64,000 bases of DNA from the NCBI RefSeq assembly GCF_006345805.1, contig NC_042997.1:125426001-125490000 (forward strand). The letters are read 5' to 3'. Position numbers and translations under genes: made by a program. The DNA is from Octopus sinensis. Lineage: Eukaryota. This document shows, piece after piece, positions 36,437-49,346 of the stretch. Each line of letters begins with the position of its first letter. Position 1 is the first letter of the stretch. The notes beneath the pieces are model-generated. The model saw nothing but the letters and a program-made list of their open reading frames with translations, ran no database searches and was not told the origin of the DNA.

Positions 36437-36728
36437 CAGTAGTTCTCAATTGGAGTCCATGTGGCCTTTGGGGATCCACATAAGATTTTACTGCTAAAAT
36501 TTATTTGCAATAAGCTGGTTATATTTCTACAAAGCATCAAGTATTTAAACATTTTAATGCAATTACTAATAATATTGAATCATAAAAAATATAATAGGAG
36601 TTTTTAGACATTGAATAGCTATGAGGCTCCTCACACACACACACACACACGCGCGCACACAGAGGCACATACTTAAATAACATAATAATCAAAGGGGACC
36701 TTAGGCAAAAAATGGTTGAGAACCCCTG
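36437..36728. mobile_element. hAT (Charlie/MER5-like) MITE
   Basis: Termini CAGTAGTTCTCAA and TTGAGAACCCCTG. Related copy at 62506-63218. No TSD recovered. Confidence 0.7.
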
Positions 36729-37022
36729 AAACAGAGTCTCCGTCTTGGAGAGGCTCCCTTTTATAGCAGAATTGTTAAATCTTCTATCATCGTCTCTACT
36801 TTCAATCAACTTAAACATAACAATTTGATCCCACGAAGAACTTATATTTACAGAGATACTACATCTATTCTCAGTTAATTATTTCTTCTTGCGATAATCA
36901 TATACATCTACGGAGACCGAGGTGTCGTGTATGCAATGTTTTGATCATAATATGATACAATCTGCTCTCTTTCTGTGAGTATTTCTGATGCCTACTCATC
37001 TTGGCTGTCTATAAGCCGTGAA

Positions 37023-37249
37023 TACCGTCTTAACGAAGAAACCTTCATTCCTTTTGACTAAATCTTATGAAATTAAATGCTGAGCTAAGATATGATCATG
37101 ATACATCTACCAATCCCTAATTAAAAAATTAACAGAAAATATTCAAAACAATCCTGGATGAAGATAGATCTAACGGAGGATGTGAAAGTAAACAGATTAA
37201 GCATGGATTAATATTGGATTAAAAGTAATATGTGTGTGTGTGTGCGTGT

Positions 37250-37308
<59 letters not shown>

Positions 37309-37574
37309 TGTGTGTGTGTGTAAATAAAGTCGGCGAGATGGCAGAGACGTTAGCGCATCAAGTGAAATACTTAACAGTATTTCGTCAGTCTTTACGTTAT
37401 AGGCACAGGAGTGGCTGTGTAGAAAGTAGCTTGCTTACGAACCACATGGTTCTGGGTTCAGTCTCACTGCTTGGCACCTTGGGCAAGTGTCTTCTACTGT
37501 AGCCTCGTGTCGACAAAAGTCCTGTGAGTAGATTTGGTAAACGGAAACTGAAAGAAGCCCGTCGTATATATGTT

Positions 37575-37619
<45 letters not shown>

Positions 37620-37840
37620 TGTGTGTGCATGTTTGTGTGTCTGTGTTTGTCCCTCCAGCATCGCTTGACAACCGATGGTGGTGTCTTTACGTCTCCGTAA
37701 CTTAGCAGTCTGGCAAAAGAGACCGATAGAATAAGTACTAGGCTTACAAAGAATAGGTCCTGGGATCGATTTGCTCGACTAAAGACGGTGCTCCGGCATG
37801 GCTGCAGTTAAATGACTGAAAAAAGTAAAAGAGTAAAGAG

Positions 37841-37889
<49 letters not shown>

Positions 37890-38190
37890 TTGGAGAAGAC
37901 TACTTATATGTAGCTCCCAGAAATTTATTACCACCGTTATACCTTGATGAGAACTGTTGACAGAACTCTAATGATAATTTTATTCCAATATTAATCCATG
38001 CCAAATCTGTTTACTTTCACATTCTCTGTGAGATCTATCTTCATCCAGATTTGCTTGAACATTTTCAATCAATTTTTTAATTAGGGATTTGTAGAGGTAA
38101 GCTTTAGTTCAAGATATCACAATCATATCTTACCTAAGCACGTAATCATAAGATTTACCCAAAAGGAATGAAAGTCTCTTCCTTAAGGCG
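37023..38190. repeat. Long inverted repeat: ~210-bp arms (37023-37230 and 37975-38190) enclosing SINEs and microsatellites
   Basis: The reverse complement of the left arm (TTTTAATCCAATATTAATCCATGC...GATCTATCTTCATCCAG...TTTTTAATTAGGGATT...ATAAGATTTA..CAAAAGGAATGAA) aligns along the right arm, roughly 80% identical by eye. Confidence 0.8.
37401..37840 (+). mobile_element. SINE family A, full length, preceded by a family B head remnant (37330-37400)
   Basis: AGGCACAGGAGTGGCTGTGT...GTTAAATGACTGAAAAAAGTAAAAGAG. Confidence 0.9.
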
Positions 38191-38471
38191 ATACATACAT
38201 ACACATTAATTAAATATTCGAAATGAGCTGAGATACTACTCGTCCTGCCTTGGTCTTGTCCTTTATCCTCTAAGATATACCTGCTTACTCGAAAGCCTAC
38301 TATGGATCCCTAGCTCCAGCCTCAGCTGTGAACTTGAAACCTAACGGATGACCAATTATAACACTTACATAGCGTACCTATAGCGTACTCCTCATATTCT
38401 TTACATATGCATATGAATATATATATATATATTACATATATATATATATATATATAATATATTATATATAT

Positions 38472-38523
<52 letters not shown>

Positions 38524-38741
38524 GTTTATATACATACATTCTCACACATACACATATATATATATAGTTAATTCGAGAAGTCATATCCTCATTAGGGATC
38601 ATATAATATAATCCGTATCACTTAACGCGAAAAACATTGGTATATGTTCAGGAATATTGAAATTATCAGTATTGGGGAAAAACAAGAAGAAATGGATGTA
38701 ATTAATATTAATTTACTTGCATGTTACATATATATATATAT

Positions 38742-39878
38742 AATAGAAGAAAACACAGAGTGATCCATTTCTCGTCCGGCTGCAATCATCAGTTGAGCAC
38801 TGTGCTTCGACAAGAGTTCGGCCCATTAAGCTCAGTATTTCTCCACACGGTGGGCTCGCAGCAGCAGGACGTATTGCGTTGCAACCGGACTCATGACGGT
38901 TTTGTGGCCATATACGCATTCATAAACCTCCTGGTAATCCAAGCGCTACCCTCAACTGCTTTCTCCCCACATTCCTTGATGGTCTTCCTCACAGCAGTCA
39001 CAGCAGCCACCTTCAGAAACCATCTGAGAAAAGCTGCGGGGAAACCCCTGCAGCCGACCTCGAACGCAATCATCTCATAGATGTAACCCTTCTCCCGAAT
39101 CTCAGCTACCAGCTCTTCATAGCCCAACAGCTTCTAATCATGGGCCTCAGCAATGCTCTACTCCCATTGCACAGTAAGCTCCCCAAGGACCACATGGCTC
39201 TGACTCTCATCTACCAAAACCAGGTCGGGCTGGAGTGCTGACTCCACGATGCTTTCAGGCAATGGCTTGTCCACGAACACCTCCCATTTTCTGTCTTCGG
39301 CCTGCCGAGGTTTCTGTCTCTTTGACATCACACCTTGCTTCAGAAATGCTGTCTTGCGCAAGCTCAGTTCGGGCACTTGACTCGCTCTTGCATTTGAAGC
39401 AACAACGTTTAGCACTAAACTATGTCTAAATGTATACCATCCAGATTGAGGTGCTTTTGGGCAAGCTGACAGCATGTGTTTGAGACTACCATACTTTACA
39501 CACGAGTGGCACTGTAGATTCTATTGGACACCCCATTTTTTGAGATTTGCTGGAGATGGAAGCACATCATACACTATCTAGATCAGAGCTTTCAAACGCA
39601 CTGCACTCAACCGCCATCATTCAGACCACTTCAACTCCAGCTTTTCGACATCATTCCAATTTAGCAACCGACCTTGCCGTGCTTGTTGCGCTGCGTGACC
39701 CAGACGCCCCTAGTCTTCCAGCTGCCTTACTTGTTGTTCGCGTAACTTCCGCTGTTCTTGTTCACTTGACTCAGACCAGAACCGCTCCCTCTTGACAAGT
39801 CCCACTCTAGTCCTGCCGTCTATAATCACTCCACACACCTCAGTATGCCGGGCCATCTCATCAAGCTGCTGCAACGCC
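38742..39878 (-). mobile_element. HERO-clade non-LTR retrotransposon, 5'-truncated, in (TA)n
   Basis: VYDVLPSPANLKKWG; CHSCVKYGSLKHMLSACPKA (CCHC); ALQPDLVLVDE...VVLGELTVQWE (PD..E); FEVGCRGF. These are HERO-type motifs. (TA)n on both sides. Confidence 0.88.
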
Positions 39879-39949
39879 TACATATACTTATATGTGTGTG
39901 TGTGTATGTATATATATACTCACATATGCATATAGTCATACATACACAC

Positions 39950-39981
<32 letters not shown>

Positions 39982-39996
39982 CTATATATATATATA

Positions 39997-40044
<48 letters not shown>

Positions 40045-40397
40045 TGTGTATTCATATATATATAATATATATATATATATGAAAGAGGCTGAAATGCACT
40101 TGGAGTCTGTTGGATAGTTCATTTTTAATGGGCTGACCGGTTTCACAATTTTTTCTGATTTTTCAAAGTTAAGTGAGATAGAAAGACATGGGGCCATGTG
40201 GCTACGTTGCAGCTGTCTTTCTCTCTCACACAACTTTTGAAAGATAAATCGGTTAAGTCTTTAAAAATAAACCATCTAGAAAACACCAAGTGCATTTTCA
40301 ACTTCGTTTTTCTGTATTGCTATCCGTGTGAAATAAAATAAGTTTCTTTCCTGTATGTGCGTGTGCGTGTCTATGTATGTATGTGTGTGTATATATA

Positions 40398-40444
<47 letters not shown>

Positions 40445-40499
40445 ATATATACGCTCTCTCATTCTCTTTCTCTCTGTCTGTCTCTCTCTCTCTCTCTCT

Positions 40500-40551
<52 letters not shown>

Positions 40552-41962
40552 TATATAGTGAGAAAGTGAGAGAGAGAGGAGAGAGAGAGAAAGAGAAGCA
40601 TTCTATGATGCTTACATGGTTAGGATTTGATGATACAGTATTATGTTGTAGTGGATTTTTAACCTGCACCTTGTTTTTTTCTGCTTCAGATAGTTAACAT
40701 ATCTCACTTGCAATATCTTTGAATAATAGAACAAGCAAACTCGAATACCCAATCTTTGACAACGAGGTGCTGCTTAATAACCTTGCTGATATAGGGAGTT
40801 GTTATTATTGCAACGTTCATATATTTAAGAAAACGAAGACAATGTCAACAAGAGAAGCGAAACCAAAAGCACAAAAATACAACAGGGAAAATTATAACGA
40901 AGCTTTATATCAACGTCAGTAACAGCATCAACGATCGTAAATAATATTCAACAAGTATGGTTTTTTTTTGCTGCTTTGACAAAAGATGTTACTTACTACA
41001 TCTTTTAACCATTAAGTCGATGTAGAGAAGTGAATCGGTGACATTATGGCGGCGCTGACGTATTACAACGGTGAGATAGATGTTACTTTCGGTTCAAAGA
41101 GGAATTCGAGGTATCTATTCATTTTAGAAAAGCAATTTTATCGATTCCTCTCTTTGTTGCTTCCCGTTCAATAATGAAACCAGTCACCCTCGAAATGATA
41201 AACACTAATAAACAACATTAAAAGCGAGCAATCTAGTTTCTTTTCGCTACATTTATTAAAAACTGTCCATGTGCAATACAACTAGACATGGAGCATGACC
41301 AAATGTAAAATGGAGGTTTGCTAACAATGGCGCTTTATAATGAAACAACGCTAATCTAATTTGGTGACGTTTTTTTTTACCCTTTTACAATTCTAATATA
41401 ATAATGCTTTTACATGTAAGTAATTTTCTCTGATATTATTGTTATTTGTTGTTAGCGATGTGTGTTTTTATTGACATCAGTAGATTCTCTTGTAAATCGA
41501 ATATAACTGATAAACCACAATTGATTACTACACCGATTCTGTCATAAAATAACAACACATATTTCTTGTAGTTATTTATTTTATTTTAAATCGATAAATT
41601 TGATAGAAGCTCTTACTTCTAACAAGAAACTACGAAAAAGAGATCAAAATTCAAAATTTACAGAACTGCATCTACAGTAGTTAAACAGGAATTGTGTTTT
41701 AAATAGTTTGTGGTAAATTCAAGGTGAGTATAGAATACATTAAATATTAATTGAATATCTAACATTGAATGTTATATACAAGAGGGGGTTGTTTCTGTGT
41801 ATAAAATATGTTTAAAAATAACTATACCGTACCAGGCTAATTGTAGTGGACTCTCCTGTCGTAGACGACGGGTGAGGGTTCCGCCACGTCTTGCTGAATA
41901 ACCTACATAGAGGATTTGATTATAGAGATCAAATGTTTGAGCTATATATTAGCTCAATCTTA

Positions 41963-42202
41963 TGTCTTTACTGCCCACAAGGGGCGAAACACAGAGGGGA
42001 CAAACAAGAACAGACAAACGGATTAAGTCGATTACATCGACCCCAGTGCGTAACTGGTACTTAATTTATCGACCCCGAAAGGATGAAAAGCAAAGTCGAC
42101 CTCGGCGGAATTTGAACTCAGAACGTAAAGACAGACGAAATACTCCTAAGCATCTCGCCCGGCGTGCTAATGTTTCTACCAGCTCGCTGCCTTATTTATT
42201 AT
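41963..42202 (-). mobile_element. SINE family B monomer with long tail, 18-bp TSD
   Basis: TATATTAGCTCAATCTTA at 41945-41962 and 42203-42220. Confidence 0.92.
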
Positions 42203-42234
42203 TATATTAGCTCAATCTTACCATCAAATCGACA

Positions 42235-42403
42235 TTACCTGTACAGGTGCACGGTGTGCAAACGTCACATGTTGCAGTGATCGCAGAGCAACATGAAATG
42301 AAGTGCTTTGCTCAAGAACAGAACACACCGCTTGATTCGGGAATCGAAACCACGATCTTGTGATCATTAGTGCAACACCCTAACTGCTAGGCTACGTGCA
42401 TTC
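42235..42403 (-). mobile_element. tRNA-derived CORE-like SINE, 5' part
   Basis: Minus strand: GCACGTAGCCTAGCAGTTAGGG...GGTTTCGATTCCCG...GTTCTTGAGCAAAGCACTT. Confidence 0.7.
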
Positions 42404-42491
42404 GAGTCTTATTGTAGAGGATAAATAACTCCAGATGAGTGTAGAATGGTCATATGTGTTCGCTATGGTTTACTTCTATTACTTTTAACCT

Positions 42492-42928
42492 AAGCATAGG
42501 AGTGACTATGTAGTAAGTAGCTTGCTTAGCAACCACATGGTTCCGGGTTCAGTCCCACTGCGTGACACCTTGGGCAAGTGTCTTCTACTATAGCCTCGGG
42601 CCGTCCAAAGCCTTGTGAGTGGATTTGGTAGACGGAAACTGAAAGAAGCCCGTCGTATATATGTTTATGTATATATATATATAAATATATATGTGTGTGT
42701 GTCTGTGTGTGTGTGTTTGTGTTTGTCCCCCCAACATCGTTTGATAACCGATGCTGGTGTGTTACATCCCCGTAACATAGCGGTTCGGCAAAAGAGAAGG
42801 ATAGAATAAGTACTAGGCTTACAAAGAATAGGTCCTGGAGTCGATTTGCTCTATTAAAGGCGGTGATCCAGCAAGGCCACAGTCAAATGACTGAAACAAG
42901 TAAAAGAGTAAAAGTGTAAAAGAGTAAA
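42492..42928 (+). mobile_element. SINE family A, full length
   Basis: Direct match to the family consensus. Confidence 0.9.
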
Positions 42929-42944
42929 CGAGGGAGGCTCAATC

Positions 42945-43140
42945 TGCCGGAAATAGTAACCAAATCTTCTGCAAATCACACACTGAAATCAATCTTTAAA
43001 AACAGCATATTAGATAATGTAATCCAAGATGTACTAAGTCTGATTAAAAGATGAGATGAGATATTCTTTTTGAAATGGCTTTCATCATAGGTCTGTCTCT
43101 TTGATCAAAGATGACCTGGACCTAAACAACAACAGCATCA
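42945..43140 (+). mobile_element. Repeat family D with (AAC)n tail
   Basis: GAAATAGTAACCAAATC...AAATCACAC...GATAATGTAATCC...CATAGGTCTG...GACCTGGACCTAAACAACAAC. Related copy at 62095-62295. Confidence 0.6.
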
Positions 43141-43639
43141 GCAATATTCGTGTTATTATCTATTAACTGTCTTCTAAACGCAACTACCGTGTGCAAAAGC
43201 AATAGCCTTCAACGAACGTTAAGATGTGAAATATTAATTCCGAGAGAAACGATCCAATATTTATTTTCTTATGAGACATCTGAGACATCTCTTAAAGTGA
43301 TTCCAAAATAATCAATTCTTTCTTCCTACATAATAAAAACATCATTTTCCAATTTCTTTAGACATCACTTCATAAGACTTCAGTTTCCTTAGCTTTAATT
43401 CAAAGTAGAAAACATTTTAGCATAGATATGGCGTCAACAGATTATCGTTTAACATAAAGAGTCATAAGGCTTCGTGTTTACAGTGTTAAACCAAAGAGGA
43501 GACATACCCTATGGATATGACACCAACACTTTATATTCCGCTGGGCTACTAACTACTGCTATGTATACATAAATGCTAGGCGCAGTGAGGAATGAAGAGG
43601 TAACAAGAGGGTTATATCCAGGCCCCTAATACTTAACTC

Positions 43640-43780
43640 AGTACTGACCCCAGTTCTTGAATCAGTATCAACACCGAAGAGATGGAAGGCAAAGTTGACT
43701 TCGGCTTGATTTGAATTCAGAAAGCAAAGAAATTCCGCTAGTATTTTGACCGACACGCTAAAGATTCTACCAGTTCACCA
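43640..43780 (-). mobile_element. SINE family B, diverged
   Basis: GACCCCAGT...GATGGAAGGCAAAGTTGACTTCGGC...TGAATTCAGAAAG...CGCTAAAGATTCTACCAG. Confidence 0.7.
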
Positions 43781-43799
43781 TATATACATACATGTGCGT

Positions 43800-43829
43800 G
43801 TTTGTATATACATATATGTGTGTGTGTGT

Positions 43830-43881
<52 letters not shown>

Positions 43882-43983
43882 CATACGTACATGCATATGA
43901 GAGAAACAGACAAAATAGAGAGGGGGAAAGAGAGGGGGAGAGAGAAAAGTGAACTCCACAGATAGATAGATAGACAAAGAGAC

Positions 43984-44034
<51 letters not shown>

Positions 44035-44043
44035 CAAAGAGAC

Positions 44044-44106
<63 letters not shown>

Positions 44107-44115
44107 CAAAGAGAC

Positions 44116-44193
<78 letters not shown>

Positions 44194-44194
44194 C

Positions 44195-44260
<66 letters not shown>

Positions 44261-44440
44261 TTCTGTGTTAATCTCTATGACTGAAAAGGATTTAAATGTA
44301 TATATATATATATATATATATATAATAGATACATAGATAGATACATACATACACACCACACACACATGCATACATACATACATGCATACATGCATACATA
44401 GATACATACATACATACATGCACATACACATGCACATACA
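43800..44440. repeat. (TG)n, (TAGA)n with CAAAGAGA interruptions, and (TACA)n
   Basis: Direct reading. Interruptions at about 43975, 44035 and 44107. Confidence 0.95.
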
Positions 44441-45360
44441 TACGTAAATAAGTAGTCTCCTCTTCTAAGTAGACAACTTCCACGCAGTCTTAAATGGGTT
44501 TTTTCAGTTAAACAAGCGCCACATTACAACATTTAGAAACATCAGTTATTCAATTAGAATTGTTATTCAAAAACATGTTCTTAAAATATCTCACTTCAAT
44601 AGCTTTAAGCACAATTTAATATTAAGTTATTAAGATTACGTAAATTTTCTTTAGGATTCTAACTTTTTGTGATTTTCAACTTAAAACTTTTCGGTTACAG
44701 TGTGAATTCAACAATGTTTTGTGCAGTTCTTCCCTCTTGATGAATCATATATGAGGTCTTAAGCTTCTCTGCAATTCTGTGTAGAGGATTCTATACGGTC
44801 AGCCCAAAAACTAGACTTTGGAGACTTTAGCAGAGTTCGGTCTCTTCTACGTAATTTGATCACCAATCATCATTCAACGGCCACCTCACTCATACCTACC
44901 TTTTTCGCAGACATTAACTGGGCGATATCAGAAAGCATCAGTCACATCAATCTTACTAGTACGAGAGGGTCTGCAACGATCATAGCTATTGCCCCTTTCT
45001 CCCTGACAATCTTATTTTAAAACAAAATTATTTCAGAGTCAACGTTGAATAATTTGTTATGTTAAAGCGGCGGATCGACAGAATAGTTAGAGCAATGGAT
45101 AACATCCGATGCAGAATTCGTATTAGTTCTCTGCATCGGAGTTCAAATCCAGCTGTGGTCACAGTCAACTTTACTTTTTATCATTTCGGTTTCAATACAG
45201 AAAGTAGTAGTCAACAACTGGAGTCCATGTTTCCTTCTCTCTCTCTCTTTCTCTCTCTCTCTCTGTTTCTCTCTCACTCACTATGATTACGACGGCCACG
45301 AAAACCACTCGTAGTGTCTGTGATGTTAGAAAAAATTGGGTAACTACTGACATAACACTT

Positions 45361-45730
45361 TTACTCTTTTACTTCAGTCATTTGACCGTGGCCATGCTGG
45401 ATCACCGCCTTTAGTCGAGCAAATCAACCCCAGGACTTATTCTTTGAAAGCCTAGTACTTATTCTATCGATCTCTTTTCCCGAACCGCTAAGTTACGGGG
45501 ACGTAAACATACCAGCATCGGTTGTCAAGCGATGTTGGGGGGAGCAAACACAGACACACAAACATATACACACACATACATATATAAATACATATGTACC
45601 GCGGGCTTCTTTCAGTTTCCGTCTACCAAATCCACTCACAAGGCTTTGGTCGGCCCAAGGCTATAGTAGAAGACACTTGCCCGAGGTGCCACGCAGTTGG
45701 ACTGAACCCGGAACCGTGTGGTTGGTAAGT
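45361..45730 (-). mobile_element. SINE family A, slightly 5'-truncated
   Basis: Direct match to the family consensus. Confidence 0.9.
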
Positions 45731-45807
45731 TCAAATATCCAGCGAACTCGGAAGACCGACCTTCCTTTCAGCATCTTTCAAAGATTTGGTTGGTAAAGCA
45801 CCGATCT

Positions 45808-45978
45808 GGCAGAATAATTAGGACATCGGACAAAATACTTCACGTTCTGAATTCAGATGTTGCCTTTCAATCCTTTTGGAATCAATAAAAATATTTACCA
45901 ACTGATCCCTGTGGGGTGGGGGGATGTAATTCACCTTCACTTCTTAAAATTGCTGGCCTTGTGCCAAAATCTGAAACG
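45808..45978 (+). mobile_element. SINE family B, diverged
   Basis: TGGCAGAATAATTAGG...GTTGCCTTTCAATCC...AAATTGCTGGCCTTGTGCCAAAATCTGAAAC. Confidence 0.7.
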
Positions 45979-46407
45979 ATTCTTAAAAGTTGATGCTTGC
46001 AGATGATGATGAGGGTTTTAGCATACTTTTAAGAATTTGATTGAATCTTATCGAATTTTTTCGGCGTTTTCAGGAACGTAAGAGACCAAGTGGACGGAGA
46101 GAATCGGCGAAGAGGTTTGACAGATTGTATCCTGTCAGTAGTACTGAGTTATGGAGAAAGCCAGAACATTTAACTGTCAAATCGCTCAGTCAACATGGCT
46201 GAAAATTGAATAGAAGTACCATCTACCACAGTGCAGAAGAAATAATGTTACTGATCTAAGCAGCAGTAATACTGTAAAACAAATGTTTGTACGTGGTGTC
46301 GAATGATGTCCGGTTCAACTTCACTATGAATATCAACACGGTAACGTGATATCATTGCAATGTAATCTTCCGTGATGTTGACGTTGTCGATTTTCTTTCT
46401 TTCTTGC

Positions 46408-46441
<34 letters not shown>

Positions 46442-46559
46442 ATCGACGTCGCTGTTGTTTAACCCCAGGTCACCTTTAAATGATCGGTAAAAAAAATTGA
46501 AGGATTAAAGGCGACCTCGTTGTGTTGGATTGCTGTTTTCGTCTTTGCAAGCTATTGCA

Positions 46560-46561
46560 AT

Positions 46562-46593
<32 letters not shown>

Positions 46594-46629
46594 TTGTTGT
46601 TTTTGGGGGGTGATGGTGGTGGGGATGAA

Positions 46630-46670
<41 letters not shown>

Positions 46671-46689
46671 GGAGGAGGAGGAGGAGGAA

Positions 46690-46728
<39 letters not shown>

Positions 46729-46770
46729 CATGATGATGATTATGGCGACGACGATGGTGGTGGTGGTGTG
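46560..46770. repeat. (GAT)n/(GAG)n/(GGT)n compound trinucleotide repeat
   Basis: Direct reading. Confidence 0.9.
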
Positions 46771-47169
46771 TAGCCAGGTCAGAATACTTTGAACAGATTG
46801 ACTTCTGCTAAAGTCTCCAAATACACGGTCACTGTGATGACCCCATATTACACCGTATAGAACCTTCCTCATAAAGTTGAAGAGAATTTCAGAGGGCATA
46901 AATAATTCAACAGAATTGAGGAATCGCTCAAGACATTAGGAATAAGGGAAGACTAAAGGCTGGTTTCATGTGTTGAAGTGGGCAGTATTTCAAGTGATGG
47001 AAAGAAGGTTCTTGATCTCTTCTCGGTGGTCCTCAGTGGCTCTTAGAGTTTCTCAGGGACTGACACTGATTCCCATGGTTCTCAATGCCTATCAACAATT
47101 CTCACAGTTTGTATAAATTCATTTCGTGGAAGGTCACTAGAAATTCTGTGATGTGTGTGTATAAATATA

Positions 47170-47360
47170 TATCCACTTAAAAAACACTGGTCCCACGCAA
47201 AAAGCACCCATTAGATTAAACGAAGTGGCTGGTGTTAAGAAGGGCATCTGGTCATAAAAACAGATAATGGAGCCTGGTGTGGCCTCGGCCATGGCAGCTC
47301 CTGCCAAACCGTCTAATCCATGTCAGCATGGAAAACGAGCTTTAAATGATGGTGATGATA
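47170..47360 (+). mobile_element. SINE 3' part with (GAT)n tail
   Basis: GAAGTGGCTGGTGTTAAGAAGGGCATCTGG...GCTCCTGCCAAACCGTCTAATCCATGTCAGCATGGAAAACG...AATGATGGTGAT. Confidence 0.6.
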
Positions 47361-47429
47361 TATAATTATATATGTGCATATATATATATATATATATCCC
47401 TCCCTCCATCCATCCATATATATATATAA

Positions 47430-47872
47430 GTGGCGGGTAGTGATTTTCTTCACTACTTCAGGGAGTGACGACCCTGCCTGACACGATCCCGGGCTCAGCT
47501 GGCTCCGGCTGACAGTACCCGGTATGGACCCCTATCCAGGGTTACGGAAAGGAGACAACCTTCAAAGAAATCTGGAGTGGAGCCCCGTAGGTGGTTTAGT
47601 GTTCGACTCGACACTCTTCTGTCAGCTCCTGCAACCAAACTGGTGCCAAACGTAATGCTCTGCACTCCTTTGGATTACGTCAGCAAGGTCGAGAGAGGAA
47701 TCCTGACGATTGGGCTACCCAGGATTTTCTTACATCTAGTCCAGGCCTGCGCAAAACTGGAGAGGAAACTGGCGAGGACATGAAATCTAAAAACCAGACT
47801 GGATTAGTTTCTGCGCAACTCCATTGTCTTCCGAGACAAAAGGATGCCAACAACAACAATAACAATAACAAT

Positions 47873-47878
<6 letters not shown>
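47430..47878 (+). mobile_element. Probable RTE-derived non-autonomous element (5'-UTR-like plus 3' end, (AAC/AAT)n tail)
   Basis: GC-richer body with GGAAACTGG motif. Ends ATTGTCTTCCGAGACAAAAGGATGCC-AACAACAACAAT, resembling RTE 3' termini. Confidence 0.45.
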
Positions 47879-47908
<30 letters not shown>

Positions 47909-47986
47909 ACATCGGTGCCCCAGCATGGCCACAGCTCGTGAGCTAAAACTAGATAAAATGAATAAAATGATATGGATGAATGGATG

Positions 47987-48024
<38 letters not shown>

Positions 48025-48242
48025 GGGATAGAGAGAGAGAGAGAGAGACAGAGAGAGACAGAGAGACAGAGAGAGAGAGAGATGAGGGATAACATATATA
48101 TGTCGGCATGATTAAAAAACTTGCTTTACAGCCACGTGCTTTTGGCATCAGTCCCACTGTGCGGCGCTGTGAGGAAGTCTGTCGTATACAACTGTGTGTG
48201 TTTGTGTTCATGATTGTAAATATGTATCAGTATATGTATGTA

Positions 48243-48345
48243 TGTGTCATTGTTCAGTTTTATATCAAGTTCTCTTGCCAATAAAGAACCGGTTTCTAAC
48301 CTAGATCCAAGGCTCCTTCATTGGAGTTTCAACATCAATAATAGA
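48243..48345 (-). mobile_element. LINE family C 3' UTR-only copy, flanked by TATG repeats
   Basis: TCATTGTTCAGTTTTATATCAAG...GGTTTCTAACCTAGATCCAAGGCTCC...AGTTTCAACATCAA matches 18626-18720. Confidence 0.8.
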
Positions 48346-48359
48346 GTATTTTTGTTTGT

Positions 48360-49302
48360 ATTTGTATATATATATGTATGTGTGCAAGTATGTATTTATG
48401 TATGTATGTATGTATGTATGTATGTATGTATGTATGTATGTATGTATGTATGTATGTATGTATGTATGCATGCATGTATGTATGCATGCATGTATGTATG
48501 TATATGTGCAGATCTGTATGTTTTGCTTTATGCATGTATTATGTATGTATGTTTGTGCATTTGTGTTTATACGTCTTTGTAGCTCTGTTTGTTTTCACCT
48601 CGTCACTGTTCGACGACGACCGGTGTTCGTTTACCTTATGTTCCAGTGACGCAGCCATTCGGTAAAGGACACCGATAGAATAAATACAAGACATTAAAAC
48701 AAACTTATCCCTAGGGTCGATTCATTCAACAAGAACCCTTCGAGGCGGTGTTGCATCATGGTCGCAGGCCAACAACTGGGACAAATAAAAGATTAGAGAG
48801 GATACATCTGAGCTCAGAGAAGAGGAAGTAAAACAGGAGGAGGGATTGAAAGAGGAAGGAGGTTCAGTCAAACTGGAAATTAGCATCAATTACAGTTAAT
48901 TAACTTCTGTGATAGTTAAATATTGAAACGTGTGGCGAACGACCGGTTTTGGTGCGAATGTTTGTATATGTGTCTGTACTTGTATGTATGAATGTGTGTA
49001 GATGACATAACAATATAATTATGTCCGTGTGTTCCCGAATGTATTTCTGTATACATATATACGGCTGTTTATATATGTGTTTATATATATATATATGTGT
49101 GTGTATGTGTGTGTGTGTTTTCGTGTGTAAACATATATATACATATGCACACACATATATATATACATATATATATATATATATGTATGTATGTATATAT
49201 ACACATAGATATATGTTTATACATATATATACATAAATATTATTATATTTATGTATGTATATATACATACATAAACATATATATACATATATATATATAT
49301 AA

Positions 49303-49346
<44 letters not shown>

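Noticed and set aside
38760-38830. CTGATGA...GAAA in the HERO 3' UTR
   Set aside because: Weak 3-bp stem II, C instead of U at 16.1, and no stem I.
41607-41729. Consensus donor AAG|GTGAGT at 41723/41724 with an upstream AG
   Set aside because: All three frames of the putative exon contain stops. A non-coding exon cannot be supported without RNA data.
46522-46773. ORF with a long acidic D/E run resembling a nucleolin-type tract
   Set aside because: Entirely explained by (GAT)n/(GAG)n microsatellite, with no flanking coding context or splice support.
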